64,000 bases of DNA from a virus (IMGVR_UViG_2706795801_000001:69825-133824), one strand, 5' to 3'. Numbered from the stretch's first letter, positions 51,641 to 63,396 are shown. Program-made: numbers and translations. Notes: a model not told the origin generated them from the sequence alone.

Positions 51641-51970
51641 TCATTATCATCAACACATTTAACCTGTAAGGTGATACAACGTCACCACAAGCTCCTGAGA
51701 TGGCTTAGCAAGGTGTTTTATTACTAACGACAAAAGGTTATTTAATTAGGGTAGATCGATAATCTATTTTCAGTAGTACCAAAAGCAAAATTAGTATAAG
51801 AAGTACTAGATTGGACAATAATAATCACAAATTGAATATTGAAATTTAAGAATTAACAAAGACGATTCTAATTCTAGCCGATTACTTTAGCAAAAAAGTT
51901 ATTCATACCCTTAGAATTATATTTTTGAAATGGTGCAGGTGAATACGAAAAGTTATCATTTAGACTGTTG

Positions 51971-51989
51971 AATGAGAATCATTCTCATT
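51971..51989. promoter_or_regulatory. Perfect 9-1-9 Fur box
   Basis: AATGAGAAT-C-ATTCTCATT matches AATGANAATNATTNTCATT. Confidence 0.75.
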
Positions 51990-52129
51990 TACCAAATTAC
52001 AGACAGCCGCCCTGTTTTATTTTTCCCCATCGGCTAGTGCCTTTGTAGTCTGAAGTTTATAGACGTTCTCGTCATTCGATATAAAACATTATACAGCTAC
52101 CGCCTACAATTGCAAGCGGTATTTGAAAA

Positions 52130-52363
52130 TTAATTAAACTTATTATTAATCATTTGCTGTTTACGTGTAAGATCGTTATCTACTAACCAAATCGAATAAC
52201 TTGCATGATGCGCTAAAATGTCCTGTAATGCTTCACAGTTAGCGATCATGTTATTAAGCGATACAGCGTCCAGCTTATCAAAATTAACTGTTAGAAAGTC
52301 TTTAAGGTGCCAATATGCATCATGTATGATCCAATACGCTTGTTTTTCTATACTAGTATTCAT
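52130..52363 (-). CDS. Hypothetical protein
   Basis: AAGGTG RBS; divergent from denV. Confidence 0.55.
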   Translation of the reverse strand: MNTSIEKQAYWIIHDAYWHLKDFLTVNFDKLDAVSLNNMIANCEALQDILAHHASYSIWLVDNDLTRKQQMINNKFN

Positions 52364-52580
52364 TTATTCACCTTATTAAATTGATTAAAATTAACTAACC
52401 CGCCTATCGTGCCTTGTATCCTTTACCGTGTCAAACAATTTTATACTTAAAATTAGATAAAATAGTTTGTTGACATATCAGTTAACAGGCTTTATATAAA
52501 TAAATTTACCTGTTTACTTTTGTTGTATTCTTCTATAGAGTAAACGCAATTAAACAACACTATTTAATAGGTACTGCACC

Positions 52581-53060
52581 ATGACAAGAATAAATACCGT
52601 TAACCCGTCCGACTTAACAAACGAATGGTTACTAGCAGAATTTACAGAACTTTTGCGGATACCAAATAAAATCTTATCAGGTAAAACAAAGTTAGATAAA
52701 AATCGTATTCCTGCTAGTTTTAGAATGGGCACAGGGCATGAAATATTCTTTCATGATAAGCTTAAATGGTTACACGATAGACACAACGCAATAACAAAAG
52801 AATGCCTAAGCCGTGGCATTAACATCAACACAAATTTTAAATTTAATTATGATTCATTACCTCAAGTGGTTAAGCTGTTTTATTATAACGATTGGAAGCC
52901 CTCACAAGCTGATCACGGCATTTTAATTGAACGCTTACAAGAACGTTTTGACCTTAGAAAGAAAGCCTATCATGTAACGTTTGAAGGCGTTAAACATAAT
53001 ATTGATTGTGAGCACTCATTCAATTGGTACTGTGAAAAGTTTTTATCAAAGTATTTTTAA
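52581..53060 (+). CDS. denV: Pyrimidine dimer DNA glycosylase / endonuclease V
   Basis: MTRIN...L...L.AE..EL.R, IP..F.MG.GH..FF.DKL.WL..R......EC..RG match T4 DenV motifs. Confidence 0.9.
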   Translation: MTRINTVNPSDLTNEWLLAEFTELLRIPNKILSGKTKLDKNRIPASFRMGTGHEIFFHDKLKWLHDRHNAITKECLSRGININTNFKFNYDSLPQVVKLFYYNDWKPSQADHGILIERLQERFDLRKKAYHVTFEGVKHNIDCEHSFNWYCEKFLSKYF

Positions 53061-55059
53061 ATAATTATTGACTTTTATCTTGTGTGGTGTAATGTTAGAA
53101 AATATAAACTATTTTAAGGTATTAAACATGAAAGATTTACAAATTAAGTTAAGTGTTAATAAATGGGAACCTAACCAATATCAGCATAGAAATAGTGCAG
53201 ATAGTTACACCTTGACGAATAAAGATTGGGATCGTTATGATCTTGTTATTGAGTGGTATTATCTCAGTGATGTTGACGAAAATTACACTATAGAAGATGT
53301 GACTTGTTTTTCTGATCCCGTGGGGTTTTGGGCTTATCAGGATAACCCTCTTTTAGAGTTGAGCAATAGATTAAAACTGTTTATAAACACGGCAAATAAG
53401 ACTATTAACCATTTAAAAGATAATGATAATTTATTTGGTTTGACCTTGGGAAGTTTACCCGCCTGTAACGGGGATCTATTTGTTGATCAGTTTCTAGTTG
53501 ATTGGGTATCCTCAATAGATCCCACGTGTTTAACTATCAGTGATGATTATATAACGGCATTAGGACAGATCACAGCATTACAATATAAATGGCGCAAAAT
53601 GGTAGAATTGTTTGATAGTATAAACGTGATGTTAGATGGTGAAGTTATGGAACAATTATTAAAAGCAAAATAAAAGCTTGCACTTTAACCTAGACCGTGT
53701 ATCATAACTAACATTGAAACACGGTAATTAAGTCCAACACACTTACACTTGAAAGGTTTACCTTTATGGAAAGATTAACAGCAATCAAAAACATTTTTAA
53801 AATTAATTCGGATGTTCGCTTAGGTGAAAGTTTTCACATTACAGGATCACCACGCAGTGAGGTTATCGCAGGTAATGAGGGTTCACTTTGTTCTGTAACT
53901 TTCATGTCAATAGATGATTGGGGCAATGAACTACTATGTGGTGCCACTGCAAGTAGTGCGGATTTACTATTGAAATTACTAGAAGAAATTGAAAGCAATC
54001 TTGATAGTGAGGAGTTAGACGATTGTGGCGGCTTATCAGTAGTATCTATGTATGCCATACACGGAAAAGAAAGCAATTATAAGGTTAACCTGTGTTATGA
54101 TGAATACTATTTTAACACTATTGATAGTGTGATCGAATTCTTAACTAATTAAAAGAGGTTTAAACTATGTCACATATTAGCGCTCAAATGGCTCGTGTTG
54201 ACGCCAGAAATATAATTGGTGGTCAATGTATAAGAAAGTTATTAAAACAGCGTATAGAAGGTGGTATTGTGTCTGATCCGCTTTATGCTGCTACACTATG
54301 CCATTGTTTACCGTTCGACATGCAAACAATGTTTTTATCAGCATTAGAAAAATATTACTTCGATTATTAAAATAGTGTTGACTTTTAAACCTTGAAGCTT
54401 TACCATGAAGCTTCAATATTAAACGCCAACACAAACAAAAGGTTTAACAAAATGACAAATTTCACAGCACTATTCAACAATACACGCTCTTTAACTTTTC
54501 CAGCATTAACCCTGTTTAGTGCTAGACAATTGGCTAATGCATACGGTGTTAAAAATGGTTTAACCGTTCGGTCAGTAAAGGTGCGATAATGGACAGTTTA
54601 AAATTTTTATGTGAGCAAACAAAAGCTATAAATAGTAATTTAGTAGTTAAGACTAACGGTGATACTGATTTGTTTAATAAAAAGTTATATGCTGTATATT
54701 TAAATAACATTAAACTAACACCATTCTATAGCGTTAAAGAGTGGAGTTTTCAAAAATTGCACAGTTGCGAAAGTATCAGAAAATTAATATATAAATAAAC
54801 CTTGCAATACGAAATTACATAGTTTATCATTTAATCCTCAAGTCGGGCAACGTCCTATAATGTGAACAAGCTTAGTTAGTTGGATGTACTAGGATGTTGA
54901 CCAGATGAGAATGAATAAAAGATTTTAAATAAACATTGACACAAACAACACAGTAAATTATCATTACCACGTTGAAACAAAACAGTTAGTAAATTACATA
55001 TAAAGAACACCAACAGTGGTTTATAGTAGTAAATTATAACAAGTAAGAGGGAGATTGAA

Positions 55060-55626
55060 ATGGTTTACGGTCGTGGGGTAAAAGATGTTGATAGTATTAA
55101 TGCAAAAAATCAATATTATCATAAATGGTGGGGGATGCTACGTCGGTGCTTTAGTGAAAAAGAAAGACTTAGAAAGCCCTCTTATATAAACTCTAAAGTT
55201 TGTGATGATTGGTTAAAACTGTCTTGTTTTCTTGATTGGGCAGTAGAGCAACCTGAGAAGAACCTAATTGGGTTAGATTTAGATAAAGACCTAATTATAA
55301 AAGATAATAAGGTGTACTCTCCCGAAACTTGTGTTTTTGTGCCTAGGAGTGTCAACATCTTTATAAGGGAGTTATCAAGACCTCGTGGTGAGTGTATGTT
55401 AGGTGTTACATATGAGGATGGGAAATACAGGGCGAGGTGCCATAATCCCTTCACTTCTAAGAAAGAACATTTAGGTATGTTTCAGACAGAAATAGAGGCT
55501 CATCTTATTTGGAAGGGGAGAAAACATAAGCTATCTTGTGAGTTAGCAGAAAAACAAACTAATGAAAAAGTTGCAAATGCCCTTAGACTACGGTACAGTG
55601 AACAAACTGATTGGTCTTTAAACTAA
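55060..55626 (+). CDS. HNH homing endonuclease with AP2-like C-terminus
   Basis: Y..W.GML.RC, V.DDW..LS.F..W, LDKD....NK.YSPETC.FVP..VN, GV, LG.F.T..EAH..W. Confidence 0.85.
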   Translation: MVYGRGVKDVDSINAKNQYYHKWWGMLRRCFSEKERLRKPSYINSKVCDDWLKLSCFLDWAVEQPEKNLIGLDLDKDLIIKDNKVYSPETCVFVPRSVNIFIRELSRPRGECMLGVTYEDGKYRARCHNPFTSKKEHLGMFQTEIEAHLIWKGRKHKLSCELAEKQTNEKVANALRLRYSEQTDWSLN

Positions 55627-58600
55627 CCTTATCAACTCAACAAAGAGAATATTATTATGAAAACTTATTTATATACAGTAGATTATGATAGTTCAGCACG
55701 TGGCTATAACCGTACAATAGTTGTATACCGCATTAAGAATAATCAACCGTTGTTTGTTGGGTCTAATAATGAAATCAACACAGCAAGTTATAAAGGTGAT
55801 TATGCTATAGCATGTGAATTAATCAGTGCTAATGATAGTCACAAGATGGACAATACAGGCTACCGCTTACAGTCTAAAAATATTAAAATACTTTCAATTT
55901 AACTGTTGACATTTATCAAGAAGTCTTTAAACTTAGGGCTTCTGAATAAGCGCCAATGCTTAACAATGTAATTAATCATAAATAAAGGTAAACACTATGA
56001 ACACATTCAACCTAACATTTTCACAAACTAAAACCATCATCAATGACCTAGGACGTTCTGATTTAGAGAGTTTTCTTGAAGCAATGAATGATCAACCTGA
56101 ATTTTTAAAATTTATGGGTGAAATTGATTCTGTAAGTGAATTGATTTCTATATATGAAGGCGGTTGTGCTAGTGGTGCTTATATGCCTGCTGTAACTTAT
56201 TACACGGCTAATCAATGCATGGCTAGTGATGCGTCAGGTAGCGTAGAAGAAGAGATTGAACATTATGAGGAAATTACTTTCAATCCTTCTGAAGAGTCAT
56301 TTAGTCAGTTTGCATCAAAACTTTGTGCAATGGCAGTTGAAAGTTTTGTGCAAAAACACGCAGAAGTGATTGAAGTTTTAACCACTACAAACTATTAATA
56401 AGGTGCTTAAAATGGGATTTATATCTAAGTACCTTGAAAAACTAGCAGATGAAAATTTAGAGAATCAGCAAGTTTTAGTTAGTAATCTATACACAGGCTG
56501 GTTAACAGTCACTAAACAAGCAACTAATAACAAAGAGGTACTAAAACAATTAAACGATGCTTTAAAAGTTGTAAACGGGCTTAAAAATGCCCACACTAAC
56601 CCAGCTACTTTTTATAATCAAAACGTAGTAGGTTGCCAAGATGTAATAGCGGTGTATTACTGCAAACAAACAAACACAATTAAATCAATATAAATAAGGA
56701 TCTAAAAATGTTAAACTTTGAACGTATGGTAAAACCAACTCGCACATACAATGAATTAGTAGGGGAACGTATCGAGAAAGATCGCCAGTTAACAAAACGT
56801 AAACAAAATGGTAAACGCTGCAAACAGTATCAGCAAATTGATGTTAACGCGATTAATGATTATTAAAGGGGGGTTTAAAATGAAAATAACTACAGTTGCA
56901 ACGTTAGAATGTTCTTTATGTACTGGTTTTTACGCTGGTGATACTAGTGATCCGCAATTTGAAGATTACTGTGAGATCCCTATTGTAGAGGGTTGTTTAA
57001 AAATTGGAGATTATTTTTTAAGTGTTGCTACACTAAAAGAGTTAACCAAAACTTTAGAAGATTACAATAGTAAATAGCTGTTAACTGATAAAGGTTGTAT
57101 ATAGATATATCAGCCTTTATTGTTAAACGTTATTAATCGCAACACAATAAACAAGGTATATAATACAATGTCGAAACTAACCACAATCAACACAGAGCGC
57201 GCGGGAAAGGGTTTAATCATATCAGGTGATATTGAGTGTAATGTAAACGTTTGCAGGCTAGCAGGGCGCACAAGTTACACTGTATTAATTGATGGGATTG
57301 ATAAAGGTATAAGCCGTGCCACTCCCTTGGCAATGTGGCAATGGTTAATGGATTATTTTAATGTCACCACTATTGAAGCGCCTGAAGTAGTCGAGAAAGT
57401 TAAACGTAAAAATAAAGTAAAATAATAATTGCACCTAGCACAATACTATGAAATAATGCTTTCACTGAATCGGAAAGGGTTATTCAATATGAGTAAATCA
57501 GAATACAATGCCAACAAAGGTTTTACTTTTACACCAACACATAAACCAACGTTTAAAGCTCCTGTAGGCCGTTTTAAGCGACTTAAGCGGATAAAGGTTG
57601 CCAATGTGTGTAAATGTATTATATTAATCGCTGCAATCGTTATACTAAGCGATGATACTATTCTAGAATTGATTATCAAGTAAGGGCTTACAAATGAAAA
57701 TATCAACGGTTTTAAATGAAGTTAAACACATTGCAATATTAGCGGCTATAATGTCATTAATACCGTTTATCATTGGAATAGTAAAAGATAATGATAGCCT
57801 CGCTGAAATTGGCGGTACTGTATTGTTAGTTGCAGCGCTACTTTGTGGATTAATAAATTTTATTCAATTTATATCAAATAAGTGTTTACATAAATAAAAT
57901 ATTGTGAAATAATGGTTTTGTTAATTGGCAATGGTGCCGATGATTAAGAAGGGTTAAATATTATGAATGTATCACAAATGCTCAATAGTAATGGTAATGC
58001 TGCAATTAATCAGTTTATTATTACAACAGATCTAGGTCAATACTTTAAAAGTTATAATACTTTAATTGCATTTAAACCCCGTTGTGGTTCAACCCCTGTA
58101 TTGACTAAGGCATGGTGCCAAAGTGCTACCACTACAAAACACCTAAAGTTATTTTTAAATACGAGTTTATCAAAACAGGAATTACAGAAACGAATAGATT
58201 GGGGTAGCTTAATTTTAGATGATAATTTAGAAATAAAATAAACCTTGCAATTAGATTTCAATCAAGATAGTATTAACGGGCTGGAATACTTCAGCCAACA
58301 AACAGCAAAGAGGCTTTAAAATGAAAACTTCAAACATTATAGTGACAGTATCAACACGCCAACAAGCACGTAACTTTATCAATAAAGCAAAAGCTTTAGG
58401 GGTGCAAGGTTTTGGTCAACCAGTTAAAGCTTATGGTAAATGGTTCGTTGAAAGTAAACCTAAGCAGGTTTTAACACTTAATAAAGGGGTTTAATTATGT
58501 TAAGTAAAGAACAGATTAATTTAATGTCAAAATCTGTGGGACACTCTATTGTAGACCTTAAAAATGATATTGAAAGTATGGGATATTATCCACAGAATGA

Positions 58601-58810
58601 AAGCTTCGATAAGTCGCTAACAATTTTCAACTTTGATAGATTTTTACTTGTACTAGATAGCGGTAAAGGTAAAAGTTTTATTGATTTATTTAACATTAAT
58701 TTTATTTAGCACTAAAAGTTGATGCTCTACAAGCCTGTAACAGTGACAAGGGTCTAAAGTGGGTTAAGCTTAAAGGTAGCTTAGAAGTGTTTAAATGTAA
58801 TGAATTAAAA

Positions 58811-58865
58811 TAATAGCCTTATAAATGGCATTCTAACGAGAGTGCCATTGATTAAGATTGTTAAT
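58811..58865 (+). repeat. ~54-bp dispersed repeat, copy 1 (hairpin, RNase III-site-like)
   Basis: TAATAGCCTTATAAATGGCATTCTAACGAGAGTGCCATTGATTAAGATTGTTAAT; second copy at 59849-59901. Confidence 0.8.
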
Positions 58866-58887
58866 TAAACAAAAAGGGGATACATAA

Positions 58888-59415
58888 ATGAAAATATCAA
58901 AAAAAGAATTAATAAAAATGGACGCGTGCAAAAGCGGTTTGAAGCGCTTTATCTATCAGACAAATGACACTGATAATTCAGTAGATGTAACTTCACTTAT
59001 TGGCGGTAAAAATACCTATTCTGATTTGTTATGGCTTGCTGGTAAAAAATTGGGTCAATCTCGAATTGTAAGATTTGCTTGTGATTGCGCACTTCTTAAT
59101 ATAGAGACAATTAAACCATACACAGACCAATATGATTTAATTGTAGAGTCCCTTAAAAACCCTTCTGCTGCTGATGCTGCTATTAATGCTATTAATGCTG
59201 CTAATGCTGCTATTATTAACGCCGCTAATGCTTATAATGCTAATACTGGTAATGTTTATGTTGCTTATTCTGCTGCGAATGCCACTATTAATGCTTATAA
59301 TGCTAAGACTGATAATGATTATGCTGCTAGTGCTGCTAGTGCTGCTGCATATGATGGTGGTAAGAAAATGCTGATAAATGACCTACTTGTTGCTATGTTT
59401 AACGAGATAAACTAA
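58888..59415 (+). CDS. Hypothetical protein with an Ala/Asn-rich low-complexity insert
   Basis: L..MDAC.SG...F N-terminus, DLLWLA, FACDCA; AINA/ANA repeats. Confidence 0.65.
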   Translation: MKISKKELIKMDACKSGLKRFIYQTNDTDNSVDVTSLIGGKNTYSDLLWLAGKKLGQSRIVRFACDCALLNIETIKPYTDQYDLIVESLKNPSAADAAINAINAANAAIINAANAYNANTGNVYVAYSAANATINAYNAKTDNDYAASAASAAAYDGGKKMLINDLLVAMFNEIN

Positions 59416-59848
59416 CTATGTTTATTTGCATTTAGTTGTTGACGTATAAATCAAGATGTATTACACTTCAGTTATCAAATCAGCATTAACAAATAAAGAG
59501 ACAAACATGAAAACAGTAATTGAATGTTCTAGATGTGCTAAAGGTTTTATACGTTGTTTTTCCCAGATTGAAGGCGGTGTATGTTTTACGTGTAATGGTA
59601 CTGGTAATATTGAGGTAAATATTGACCCAGTTAAACATTGGCAGCCTAAAATTATGAAGGTTATTTGTAAACAAAGTAAAATATTAGATGCAATATCGAA
59701 GTTAACAGGGTATGAACCTGATTACATCACCACGTCAAAGATTTTAGAGAGCCAACTAATAGAAGTAAATAGTAAAATTGAGGGATATAGACTGTTATCA
59801 GGTTGTAATATTATAGAGGTGTGTATTAACAAAGTTTATGATAACTAC

Positions 59849-59901
59849 TAATAGCCTTATAAATGACATTCTAACGAGTGCCATTGATTAAGATTGTTAA
59901 T
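59849..59901 (+). repeat. ~54-bp dispersed repeat, copy 2
   Basis: Differs from copy 1 by one substitution and a 2-nt indel. Confidence 0.8.
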
Positions 59902-60307
59902 AAAAGGAATAATTATGTTAAATAAAAATAAACTATATCCAAACAATTCACATATGAATAATTATTATGGTTGGTTATATCTTGGTAACGATGGTAAACA
60001 AGATCATTATATAGTACGGTCAAAATTTGCATTTAATGCTAGCGGTGTGTGGCTTTCAATCGTCTACAGTGATGAGCCAAGCGATTATGCAAGCCCATGT
60101 TATGATCACTTATTAAAACACGGTGATGGTGGGTTTAAGGATTATCAGACAATTTTAGGCCAAATAACACAAATCAACTATAACGATATACCCGTATTAG
60201 ATTATGACTAAAATTAATTTCAATTTATTTATAAAAAGTGTTTATTATAACCGCTTAAAACGTCTTGCAGGAGCTTTGAGGTATATTGAATTATTTGTAT
60301 TTAGTTG

Positions 60308-60376
60308 TTGCATTCTATAATCAGAGTGCTATACTTCTTTCATCGGGTAGCAAATAGTTACCTCACTTTAAAAGGT
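60308..60376 (+). promoter_or_regulatory. Duplicated promoter/leader/RBS cassette, copy 1
   Basis: TTGCAT-16-TATACT with extended -10 TG, GGTAGC..GTTACC hairpin and AAAGGT; near-identical copy at 61173-61241. Confidence 0.8.
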
Positions 60377-61172
60377 AAGTTATTATGTCAACATTTAGGG
60401 CTTTTAAACATTCAAAACATTGCAAGTATACCTATGATTGTTACCGTGTCATGGACTGTACCGATCAACAGCAAGCAATAGCAAAAATACAAGAAAAAAC
60501 AGGCGTCCTTTGTGACTATGCATTAAAAGGATCTGGAGCTTGGGATCATCCTCATATTATAGATGTCGAATAATTTATATAGTTATCAAGTATTATTAAG
60601 CCCCATAAGGGCTTTTTGTTGTCTGTAGTTTTGTGTTGATGATCATTAAAGAGAAGAAAATAAAAGCTTGTATCTTTAATCTTTATCTGTATACTTAAGG
60701 CAAACGTTAGTTAATTTAAAAAAGGTATTATCATGAAAACTACAAAAGATATGTTATCTGTAAATAGTTCGGTCTACTCTATTATCAAAAGAGGTATTAA
60801 AGGTTGTAAAGATTTAGGATGTAAAGAAAAGGTATTATACAATTGGCACAAAAAACAAGAAAGTGAATTGTACTTAAAAGCGTATGAAAGTGTATATTGT
60901 GAAGCTAACGATTATTAATAGAGTGTATATTATGTTTAATGAAAATGATGTTAGGTTAGTAGCTAGTGAGTTAGTAGACGATGCGGTCTATTGGGATAAT
61001 GGACACGAAAATGCAATGAATCCGCATGATGGCTATTGTTGCCGTTATTGTTCCGCAAGTGAATACAAAAGCATAAGTGAGTTAAAACATGATTTAGATT
61101 GTGCTGTGTTAGTAGCTAAAGATTTACTTACATGATAGGTAAAGTAATTTATGTTTTATTTGTTCTAGGGTA

Positions 61173-61241
61173 TTGCATTCTATAATCAGAGTGTTATACT
61201 TGTTTCATCAGGTAGCAGCTCGTTACCTCACTTTAAAAGGT
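61173..61241 (+). promoter_or_regulatory. Duplicated promoter/leader/RBS cassette, copy 2
   Basis: 69-bp near-identical copy of 60308-60376. Confidence 0.8.
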
Positions 61242-61472
61242 TTTATATTATGTTATTAATTACAACTCGCGGCGGATATGGTAAATTGTTAGCTAATCTC
61301 ACTAGTGCCGTCACTGTTGATAACTATACAAAAATGACAATAGACGGGAAGCAAATGGTTTTTGTAAGTAGTGAAGAGTTAACAAGGGTGACAGGTAAGA
61401 AGTTCAAGAAAATAGAATTTATATGGACTATCGGCAACGGCGCTGCGTTTATATAATTTACCAAGTAATATG

Positions 61473-61500
61473 GAGCCTCCTTAATTGGGGGCTTTTTGTT
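61473..61500 (+). terminator. Intrinsic terminator closing the early array
   Basis: GAGCCTCC..GGGGGCTTTTTGTT. Confidence 0.7.
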
Positions 61501-61551
61501 GTCTATTGTTTATGTGCTATCTGTAAAAATGGCTTTATTGTATCAATCTTT

Positions 61552-61947
61552 TTATACTGTAAGGTTATCAATAAATCTTTCAGCTAGGATTAACCTGCGT
61601 TCTAGTTCATCGTCCCTGTTTAGGGCTATTAGATCATCAAAGTTACACTGTGTTGTTGTTGGGTATTCTAATAGGTTTCTTTCTTCAAACTCTATATTAA
61701 ATTTGTGTATTGCTTCACCATATCTACTAATACTTTTAACTAAACTTTCAAGTGTTGATGTCGGTATGCCATCATAGTCTAACATTAAGCCTTCATTGAA
61801 TAATGTCATAAACTCCTCATCATCGTCTAGTAGTGCTTCCATAAACCAACTAGCAGCCATTGAAGCGGCATCATTGACACTAAATATTATCCCGCCATCA
61901 TCTAGGCTAAAAGTTTTCAAGTTCCCTGTCGTATACTTGTTCTTCAT
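61552..61947 (-). CDS. Acidic hypothetical protein
   Basis: ORF overlapping the end of the wHTH gene. Confidence 0.5.
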   Translation of the reverse strand: MKNKYTTGNLKTFSLDDGGIIFSVNDAASMAASWFMEALLDDDEEFMTLFNEGLMLDYDGIPTSTLESLVKSISRYGEAIHKFNIEFEERNLLEYPTTTQCNFDDLIALNRDDELERRLILAERFIDNLTV

Positions 61948-62638
61948 CTTGTTTTATATCCTCATTTTCTAATATAGGATTATCTCTTTGTTCATTTCTC
62001 AAATCAAAGAGAATTTTAAAATCATTATCCCTTAGTTCATCTTGCATCGTGAAAGTAACGCCAAATAACTTTTTATCGTAAAGCATGCCAGACGTTTTAT
62101 CACCTTTTAGATATAACCCTGTCATTAATTCATAATGTTTATTAAGCATAAAATACTTAAGCTGTAAACTTGACCAACTAGGATCAGTTTTTTCAATGTG
62201 GAATAAATCTATCAAGTAATCCCGTTTACTTTCAGCATTACGGAAAAACTTAATCAACTTAGCTGATTTTAATTTGTACCTATCATCATTAACTAGGTCG
62301 ACTACTTCAGAATAAATACTTCTAGAGTGATGGCCTGATTTACTTCTACCTGTGGAATACGTGATTATGCCGAACTGTTTAAGGTCTTTAATTTTACGCT
62401 TGACTGTTGATTCACTAGTGCCGCATTGCAAGGCTATATACTCAACACTCATAGTAGTTTTAATTTTCTTTCTTGTGTTGTAAGTGAACCTTGAAAACAA
62501 ATAGCAATAAATCAATTTGTGTGATAGGTCTAATTTAAGCGTCAACTCTTTACTTTGTGAGATGTCTATTCTCTGTACAATTTCAGCTTGCCTTAACTGT
62601 ACAGGGATTTTATCGAAGGTATTACTTAATGATACCAT
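61907..62638 (-). CDS. Winged-helix DNA-binding protein (replication-initiator-like)
   Basis: KLIYCYL...F....S..YIA..CGTS.STVKR.IK.L...GII. Confidence 0.65.
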   Translation of the reverse strand: MVSLSNTFDKIPVQLRQAEIVQRIDISQSKELTLKLDLSHKLIYCYLFSRFTYNTRKKIKTTMSVEYIALQCGTSESTVKRKIKDLKQFGIITYSTGRSKSGHHSRSIYSEVVDLVNDDRYKLKSAKLIKFFRNAESKRDYLIDLFHIEKTDPSWSSLQLKYFMLNKHYELMTGLYLKGDKTSGMLYDKKLFGVTFTMQDELRDNDFKILFDLRNEQRDNPILENEDIKQDEEQVYDRELENF

Positions 62639-62646
62639 AATGCATA

Positions 62647-62892
62647 CTATAACGACTTTTTGAGTATAATAAACAACTCATAAGCTATGACCATATCAAA
62701 CAATAAACCAATCTTTTTAGATTGTCTTGCTCGATACTTCCTACTATTGAATTGATCAGTCGTCACCTTACCTGTCAGTAAATCGTCTACCAACTCCCTA
62801 GTTTGATGAGATAGATTAAAACTCTTTGTATAAGATTCTAGTGTATTATCATTAATCATGTGTTTGGTTACTCCTTTTGTGTACCTATGCAA
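62647..62892 (-). CDS. Hypothetical protein
   Basis: AAGGAG RBS before internal M (MINDN). Confidence 0.5.
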   Translation of the reverse strand: MHRYTKGVTKHMINDNTLESYTKSFNLSHQTRELVDDLLTGKVTTDQFNSRKYRARQSKKIGLLFDMVIAYELFIILKKSL

Positions 62893-63110
62893 TAATAATA
62901 CCAGTTTTAAAACACCTACTCAATAGGCGTGAATCATTGCAATTACTAAAACGACATAATAATGGCGTTTACACTAAGGTTCACTATTAAACTTAACCAC
63001 TTATTATCAACTTTACTACTGGTTAAATAGTATACTTCACCGTAGGTCAAATTGAACCACGTAGGAGATCCCTTTGCTATCGCCAAATTTAAACTTTTAC
63101 CACAATTTAT

Positions 63111-63128
63111 ATGCATATACTATGCCAA
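63111..63128 (-). promoter_or_regulatory. Sigma54 (-24/-12)-like site, leftward
   Basis: Minus strand TTGGCATAGTATATGCAT (GG-N10-GC). Confidence 0.6.
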
Positions 63129-63276
63129 CTTTTTATCATTTTTCAATTTCAAGAGATCTATTTGTTTTGATACCCTAGTCTATCCAACAACAAAAACCGC
63201 TGTAATCGCTTCTTATGGGCTTTAAACACTATACTCATATTTGTTGACAAACTACCAAAATTGACAATCAAAAAAG

Positions 63277-63294
63277 TTGGCACAATACATGCAT
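63277..63294 (+). promoter_or_regulatory. Sigma54 (-24/-12)-like site, rightward
   Basis: TTGGCACAATACATGCAT (GG-N10-GC). Confidence 0.6.
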
Positions 63295-63302
63295 GATGTT
63301 GT

Positions 63303-63396
63303 TGTGTCATAACTTCAATGACACATAATGGTCTAAGGTAGTCCGTAGACTTTCGGACAAGGTAGTAATGGTTATGTCATAACTTCAATGACATAA
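63303..63396. repeat. Two copies of the palindromic operator-like site TGTCAT-AACTTCA-ATGACA, 70 bp apart
   Basis: 63305-63323 and 63375-63393 are identical; the flanks extend each palindrome. Confidence 0.85.

Larger units (their letters stand above)
53128..61456 (+). other. Early-gene array: about 25 small hypothetical CDSs, many behind their own sigma70 promoters
   Basis: ORF track plus TTGAC/TTGCA-16..17-TAnnnT promoters at ~53068, 53678, 54378, 54802, 54936, 58244, 59439, 60308, 60668 and 61173. Confidence 0.65.

Noticed and set aside
59174-59374. Leu/Met-rich ORF resembling a membrane peptide
   Set aside because: Alternative-frame artefact of the Ala/Asn repeat in 58888-59415.
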